From Candidatus Baldrarchaeum yapensis (GTDB lineage Archaea; Asgardarchaeota; Baldrarchaeia; Baldrarchaeales; Baldrarchaeaceae), in NCBI GenBank assembly GCA_016840465.1, contig JAEOSH010000014.1, positions 13,495-45,494 on the forward strand: a stretch of DNA of 32,000 bases, given 5' to 3'. Each line of letters opens with the position of its first letter. Within the stretch, counting starts at the first letter, position 1. Below are positions 26,965 to 32,000 of this stretch, piece after piece. The translations under genes and the position numbers were made by a program. The notes under the pieces are model-generated. The model did no database searches. It was not told the DNA's origin and worked only from the letters and a program-made list of their open reading frames with translations.

Positions 26965-27960
26965 ATGACTCCTGTGGTAAAGGGAGTTGGACATAGAGGA
27001 GTTTCGCGGGATCAGGAAGACGGCAGAACCTCTAAAATTCACGAAGTTCAACGTGCTGATCGGGCGGAACAATACTGGGAAGACTTCCATTCTCGAAGCG
27101 TTGTATTTATTGGCGAATCCTTGGAGCGATTATCTGGCACCACTGATTGGCCGTGGAAGGCCCAATTTTATCGCGGATCTTCACGGCGGTAAGAAATCTC
27201 TGGTATACGGGTATACAGGTAGGTGCAAATTGACATATAAGGTTTTGGAACTCACAGTAACGATGGAACTCGACCAGAACTGGGTCACTGAAGTTAAGGT
27301 GAACGGGACCCGGAAGAACAGTTACAAGGAGTATTCTGAAGAATTGGCGAGATGCTTAAGGGTCGACGTGGAGTACGTACACAATTTGACCTTTTATATT
27401 CCCGGCAGTTCGTCCTTTCTCAAAACCCTATGGGGCTCCCTAATGAACGTCTGGGACTCGATAGTAAAGATGGGGATTCACAAAAGGATCGTAAAGGAGC
27501 TGATTGTGCCCACCGTTTACGATAGGTTCACGGAGATACTCATAGAGAGGGGATCCTTGAAGCTCCGCAAGGAGGTGGATGAGGAGTTAGGGCCGCTATA
27601 CATCGACATTGCGGACATCGGGGACGGTATTAAGAGGATAATCACGGCGGTGCTGGCACTCGAATACGTTAAGCCGAAGCTTGTGCTCTGGGACGACATC
27701 GAAATTGCCGCGCACCCCGGGCTCCTCGAAGCGGTACTATCCTGGTTGTCGTCAAAAGACTGGCAGGTGTTCATAGCAACGCATAGCATAGACGTTCTGA
27801 CGAGTTGCCTCATATCGCCTCTAGGGACGGGCAGGTCATAGTGCTGAGGAAGACCCGTGACGATGTTTTGCATTACAAGATCCTGTACATGGACGATCTG
27901 GAAGATTTTATCGATAGAAGCGTGGACCCTAGGAAGATAATGGACATGTTGGAGTCATGA
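26965..27960 (+). pseudogene. ABC/AAA_15-type ATPase with two frameshifts
   Basis: Walker A GRNNTGKT, IGDG, Walker B LVLWDDIE, AHP and ATHS. An extra G near 26983 separates MTPVVK from ELDIEEFRGI. A missing base near 27800 separates THSIDVL from ELPHIASRDGQVIVLRK...DPRKIMDMLES*. Confidence 0.82.
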
Positions 27961-28230
27961 AAATTGTAAGGGAAGAGGAGCGAGGAAACCGGCCAATTTC
28001 GAGACTTATTATGAAGTATCCTACTCAGAGATGTGATAAAGAATGTAAATAAAGGTCGTTTCCCCGAAAATGCGATTATATGTGATCTTTAACCTAGAAC
28101 TCCCCGTTAATGAACGTCTAATGCAAGTTTATAGGGTTGGAAATTTCACAGGCCACTGTCTTCTGAGCCTTCAAAGACATATTTTTATTGCATAATGCTC
28201 CTATTAGTAGTGCGAGAGGAGGGTGGGACG

Positions 28231-28476
28231 ATGGTTGTGAGTGTTCCGGTTGCGACCGCGGTGCCAGAGATCACGAAAACTTATGGGCGTGTGGTGAAGA
28301 TCAGGGACATATTGGAAGTCGAGGCGCCGGAACTTCTGAAGGCGATACGGGAGAAACGCATGCTGATCGCGATAAAGACGGTCAGCGGGGAGGTAAGGAG
28401 GGCGTTTCTGGAGGACGAGATAGACATCGACACGATAGACAGCATACTGGTCGTCCCGGTGGCAATTGGGGGATAA
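28231..28476 (+). CDS. Ubiquitin-like beta-grasp protein (MoaD/ThiS/SAMP family), 81 aa
   Basis: Ends DSILVVPVAIGG-stop. Internal RDILE..PEL and LIAI...G fit the MoaD/SAMP pattern. ATG follows GGAGGGTGG. Confidence 0.75.
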   Translation: MVVSVPVATAVPEITKTYGRVVKIRDILEVEAPELLKAIREKRMLIAIKTVSGEVRRAFLEDEIDIDTIDSILVVPVAIGG

Positions 28477-28648
28477 ATCAGTAAATTAATAAAATCTCCA
28501 AATCTCACAACCCATTTTTCCTATTTTTTGGTGCAAAAGCTTGTTAGACCCCTTGAGCACGCTAAAAGTGCACAGAAGATAATGATGGAAAAACTTTACT
28601 GCGGATTTCTAAGACTCCAAAAAGAGATTTTCTCCTCTTGCGAACTCT

Positions 28649-28668
28649 TGCCGTAAATGGTCACGGCA
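28649..28668 (-). terminator. Short hairpin downstream of the 103-aa gene
   Basis: TGCCGT-N8-ACGGCA lies about 10 bp past the minus-strand stop at 28679. Confidence 0.3.
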
Positions 28669-28678
28669 GTAAATCCGC

Positions 28679-28990
28679 TTATGACTCCTCGTTCTCCTCC
28701 AGTATTTCTTTCAATATCCTTATCCTTTCGTCCACGTCTCTGAGCATCTCGCAGAGTGCGCAATACGTTGCCCAGTCCGCTTCTAATTGCGGATTGATGC
28801 CACTTGATGAAAACACGTCCTCGAGGGACTCAACATCTGTGCCGTACTTCCTAGCAAGTTCGGCGAGCCCCTCAAAAAGTCCCATCCTCTCCCTCTCCAG
28901 CCTCACAATCTCGTTCCTCAGGGATTTCAGGATTTCGGCCTTTGCACGCTCCGGGTCCACACTCCCAACTTTAAGAACAATTGCAGACAT
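28679..28990 (-). CDS. Hypothetical helical protein (103 aa)
   Basis: ATG 28990 after SD GTGGTGA. Charged helices with LARKYG and ADWATY; the longer ORF-track start at 29128 is less likely. Confidence 0.7.
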   Translation of the reverse strand: MSAIVLKVGSVDPERAKAEILKSLRNEIVRLERERMGLFEGLAELARKYGTDVESLEDVFSSSGINPQLEADWATYCALCEMLRDVDERIRILKEILEENEES

Positions 28991-29260
28991 TCCATCACCA
29001 CTTTTCCCAGCATGCCTCGGCACATCGAGCAATTTTAAAGATACGGCATCTCGGTGACCTGAGAAACACCTAGCAATCTTCGATATTAAGTTTGCGGGCG
29101 TTTGGCTGTCGAGAATTTCTCCCGCCACGTTCTAGAATTAAAAAGTACATGAAAGTGGAATTGTAGCATTGTGTTATGTTGAATTTATTCATGGAATAAC
29201 TTCTCCAGTTTGCCATATTTTATAAATTCAGGCAAAAGGTATATAATTGGGTGTATAGGT

Positions 29261-29524
29261 ATGAGAGTGGCAAAAAGTAACGTTATAGTCAAAAAGATCG
29301 ATGGGGCGGGAAGGGTCCAAATACCAGCGGAGTGGAGGAAGGACTGGGGTGAGAGAGTCATCTTATTCAGAATGGACGATGATACTGTCCTCATACGGCC
29401 ACTTCGCAAAAGAATTTCATTATGTGACCTTTTCGATAGCATAGAGGTGGACATTCCACCGGAGAACTTCGAAGATGTGCATGAACTTCGGAGGAGGTTG
29501 CATGAGGAGGTTTCTGGACTCTAA
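29261..29524 (+). CDS. vapB: AbrB/MazE/SpoVT-type antitoxin
   Basis: KIDGAGRVQIPAEWRK is a swapped-hairpin motif, followed by VLIRP; overlaps the PIN gene. TTTATAAA lies at 29219-29226. Confidence 0.88.
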   Translation: MRVAKSNVIVKKIDGAGRVQIPAEWRKDWGERVILFRMDDDTVLIRPLRKRISLCDLFDSIEVDIPPENFEDVHELRRRLHEEVSGL

Positions 29525-29924
29525 TGTCTTCCTGTACGCGTATCTTAAGCCACGCAGAAAACCTCCGCAACGCGTCCTTGAAATGAAGAAGCATGCAAAG
29601 GAGATAATTAAGAGAGTGGAAAGTGGGGAAGAAGTCGTAACCTCGGTGGTTCATCTCTCCGAAATCCTGAATATCTTAGAATCACACCTTGGACTCCAGA
29701 TATCCTTACAGTTCCTAGAAACTATGCTCTCGATGAAAAACATGGAAATCGCCGAAGTTGGACGAAAAGACTACGAAGACGCCCTTATTTTGTGCAATAA
29801 GTTCAATATAAGTGCAAATGACGGAATAGCAGTGAAAATAATGCGTTCCTTGGGAATAAACGAGATTTACTCGTTCGACTCCCACTTTGATAACGTGCCC
29901 GGAATAAAGAGGATCACCAGATAG
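29502..29924 (+). CDS. vapC: PIN-domain toxin
   Basis: FLDSNVF, HLSEIL, ISANDGIA and IYSFDSHFD (all acidic positions intact). SD GGAGGTT. Confidence 0.92.
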   Translation: MRRFLDSNVFLYAYLKPRRKPPQRVLEMKKHAKEIIKRVESGEEVVTSVVHLSEILNILESHLGLQISLQFLETMLSMKNMEIAEVGRKDYEDALILCNKFNISANDGIAVKIMRSLGINEIYSFDSHFDNVPGIKRITR

Positions 29925-30118
29925 ATCCTAAGTAAAACATGAACAAGAACGTGTATAAAAATTCCATTTTCCTGAAGATTAATCCTTAATCGTCGTCAAT
30001 ATTTCATGATCTCCTTCTTGACGAAAAAAGATTTCCCCGCTGAAAAACAATAAAGAGTTTCAATGCCCTACATGGAAGTTACGAAAGCCTTTTAAGCCCC
30101 CTATTCAGTTTCACCAAT

Positions 30119-31345
30119 ATGTTCGCGATAAAGGCAAACCTCCTGTATGATGGCATCGGTAAGAAGGAAAACGTGTACATCGTCGTTGACGGAAACAAGA
30201 TAAAGGACGTGACCTCCGAGAAACCAGACGCTGAGGTGCTATACGAGGGTGTCGTCACTCCGGCGTTCATTGATGGGCACAGCCACATAGGAATGATGAG
30301 ACATGGGGAACCTAGTACGGAGGAGGAGACAAACGAGGTTGCTGACATCTTTCTTCCAACACTTGATCCCTTAGACAGCATCTACTTTGACGACAAATAC
30401 TTTCAGGACTCCGTGGAGTTCGGAGTTCTCTACTCGTGTGTAACCCCTGGAAGTGGAAACCTTATCGGCGGAAAGGCGGTCATCATCAGGAACTTCGCCA
30501 AGCTGCGTGATGAGGCTGTGGTTAGGGACTACGGGTACAAGATGGCTCTGGGGTTTAACCCGAGGTCGACGTGGGCGGAGTGGAAGGGTAAGCGGTACAA
30601 GACGAGGATGGGAGTGTACGCCCTGCTGAGGGACGAACTAACGAAGATACGCAGGAAGGTCAGGAAACTGGAGTTGGAGAAGAGGGAGAAGGTCAGGGAG
30701 TTGAGGAGGAAGCTAGAGAAGGGGGAGATAACAAAGGAGGAGTACGAGGAGATTTTAAAGGAACTCGATGAGAAGACGGAACTGGAGTTGGAGCTTCACG
30801 AGAAGGCGTTGCTCGAGGTGCTGGAGGGGAAGAAGGTTCTGAAGACGCACGTGCACAAGGAGGACGACGCCGTCTTCCTGATAAGCTTCGTCAGGGAGTT
30901 CAACGTCAAGGCAACCGCAGACCACTTGGGAGATGTTCACAGGGTAGAAACCTTCAGAAAGCTGAAGGATGCGGGGATCCCCATAGTGTACGGGCCCATA
31001 GACTCCTTCGCGTACAAGACCGAACTCAAGCATGACACCTACAAGAACGTCAAGGTGCTCATGGAGTCCGGGGCGAAGTTCACCCTCATGACCGACCACC
31101 CGGTGGTCCTGGCCCGGAACCTCTTCCTACAGCTGCGCTACTTCCTGATGTTCGGGATGAGTAAGGAGAGGGCAATATCCATAATAACGAAGGAGGCGGC
31201 GGAGATACTCAGAATAGATGACATCCTCGGAACTGTGGAGCCCGGGAAACTCGCCAGCATCGTCGTGTGGGATGACGACCCCTTTCACCTATGGTCCAAG
31301 CCCATAGCCGTAATCGCGGAGGGGAACGTCGTATTCAAGCGCTAA
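30119..31345 (+). CDS. Amidohydrolase superfamily protein
   Basis: PAFIDGHSHIG, PGSGNLIGG, KMALGFNP, THVH, TDHPV and GTVEPGKLASIVVWD. Confidence 0.92.
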   Translation: MFAIKANLLYDGIGKKENVYIVVDGNKIKDVTSEKPDAEVLYEGVVTPAFIDGHSHIGMMRHGEPSTEEETNEVADIFLPTLDPLDSIYFDDKYFQDSVEFGVLYSCVTPGSGNLIGGKAVIIRNFAKLRDEAVVRDYGYKMALGFNPRSTWAEWKGKRYKTRMGVYALLRDELTKIRRKVRKLELEKREKVRELRRKLEKGEITKEEYEEILKELDEKTELELELHEKALLEVLEGKKVLKTHVHKEDDAVFLISFVREFNVKATADHLGDVHRVETFRKLKDAGIPIVYGPIDSFAYKTELKHDTYKNVKVLMESGAKFTLMTDHPVVLARNLFLQLRYFLMFGMSKERAISIITKEAAEILRIDDILGTVEPGKLASIVVWDDDPFHLWSKPIAVIAEGNVVFKR

Positions 31346-31484
31346 ACCTTCCTCCTTATTTATTACGCATCGGTAATCGCGTATAAGTACGGCAATCCGC
31401 GCTCACGTAAGACAAAATAATAAGGTGAAGGTTTGACACTACATTACATGGTCTCTTGTTCAAGTAGTCACCGAGGGAAACCCT

Positions 31485-32000
31485 GTGAGGATATTCCGTT
31501 TTGAGGTCAAGGTCACCGCATTGGAGAGGGGTGTGCTCAACCCGTTCACCGGCCCGCAAATACAGGCCCTCCTTCTCAACATGATACGTCAGGAGGATCC
31601 ATCGACCGCGGAACGCCTCCATGAGGAGAAAGGAATAAAACCGTATGCTGTGCGTCCGCTTAGACCGTTATCTGGGAGAAAGAACGTTGTGGACGATAAG
31701 TGGTTGATAGAGGAGGGACGGAACTATTCGTTCTCCTTCTCGGCGCTGATCGAGGAGTTAGGGAAGACGCTGACCACCGCCCTCACCAAAAATCTGGAGG
31801 TGACAATCGGGAGGATAAGGTTCGCGGTCAACGAAATATCGGTGGAGAGCACCTCCATCGATGATCTCCTGAGGGACGCAACACCAGCTCGCAGAGTCCT
31901 CCTCAAGTTCCTAACACCCACCCACTTCAGAATAAGGAGCACTGGCGCCTACATGCCCTTCCCCCTCCCCCACCTCATGTACACGAACCTCGCAAACGTT
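31485..32000 (+). CDS. cas6: CRISPR-associated endoribonuclease Cas6, 5' part (runs off the right edge)
   Basis: From GTG 31485: MRIFRFEVKV...FTG...ERLHEEKGIKPYAVRPL...LKFLTPTHFR...MPFPLPHLMYTNL. This matches the Cas6 LH..KPY, F.TPT.F and P.P.P motifs. The G-rich C-terminal loop is outside the window. Confidence 0.8.
   Translation, partial: MRIFRFEVKVTALERGVLNPFTGPQIQALLLNMIRQEDPSTAERLHEEKGIKPYAVRPLRPLSGRKNVVDDKWLIEEGRNYSFSFSALIEELGKTLTTALTKNLEVTIGRIRFAVNEISVESTSIDDLLRDATPARRVLLKFLTPTHFRIRSTGAYMPFPLPHLMYTNLANV

Noticed and set aside
24000-30100. Mobile element or integrated virus explanation for the accessory region
   Set aside because: No transposase, integrase, tRNA attachment site or terminal repeats recognised.
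31346-31484. Search for a CRISPR array or leader before cas6
   Set aside because: No 24-40 bp regularly spaced repeats seen here or elsewhere in the window.

Overview
This is archaeal DNA, probably from a thermophile. The evidence is TATA boxes with GGAGGTGA-type ribosome-binding sites, PurP, split purS/purQ/purL, a COG1672 ATPase, VapBC modules and Cas6; the exact lineage cannot be assigned from sequence alone. Left (1-3.6 kb): a stand-alone Lrp/AsnC ligand-binding gene, a 401-aa unknown protein and an ATPase-nuclease. Centre (3.6-17.0 kb): an intact divergent purine cluster, with purP-like and purP on the minus strand, then purC-purS-purQ-purL-purF-purF2-purD-nitrilase-purE-purM on the plus strand. 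The second purF lacks the catalytic Cys. A nitrilase-fold amidase with an intact Glu-Lys-Cys triad is translationally coupled inside the operon. No purN/purT, purK, purB or purH/purO is present in the window. 17-24 kb: a large predicted membrane glycoprotein with a 62-aa partner, an MmgE/PrpD relic, a retropepsin-motif gene, a PrpB/ICL-family lyase and an M28 peptidase. 24-32 kb: an accessory/defence-like region with two VapBC pairs, four consecutive frameshift-broken genes (at least 8 inferred indels in about 3 kb), an orphan ubiquitin-like protein ending in GG, an amidohydrolase, and the 5' part of a cas6 gene that the ORF track missed. No tRNA, rRNA, CRISPR array or transposase was recognised. 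All family calls come from recalled motifs, not database searches. The most promising lead is the variant purine pathway (nitrilase, Cys-less PurF2 and the PurP pair).
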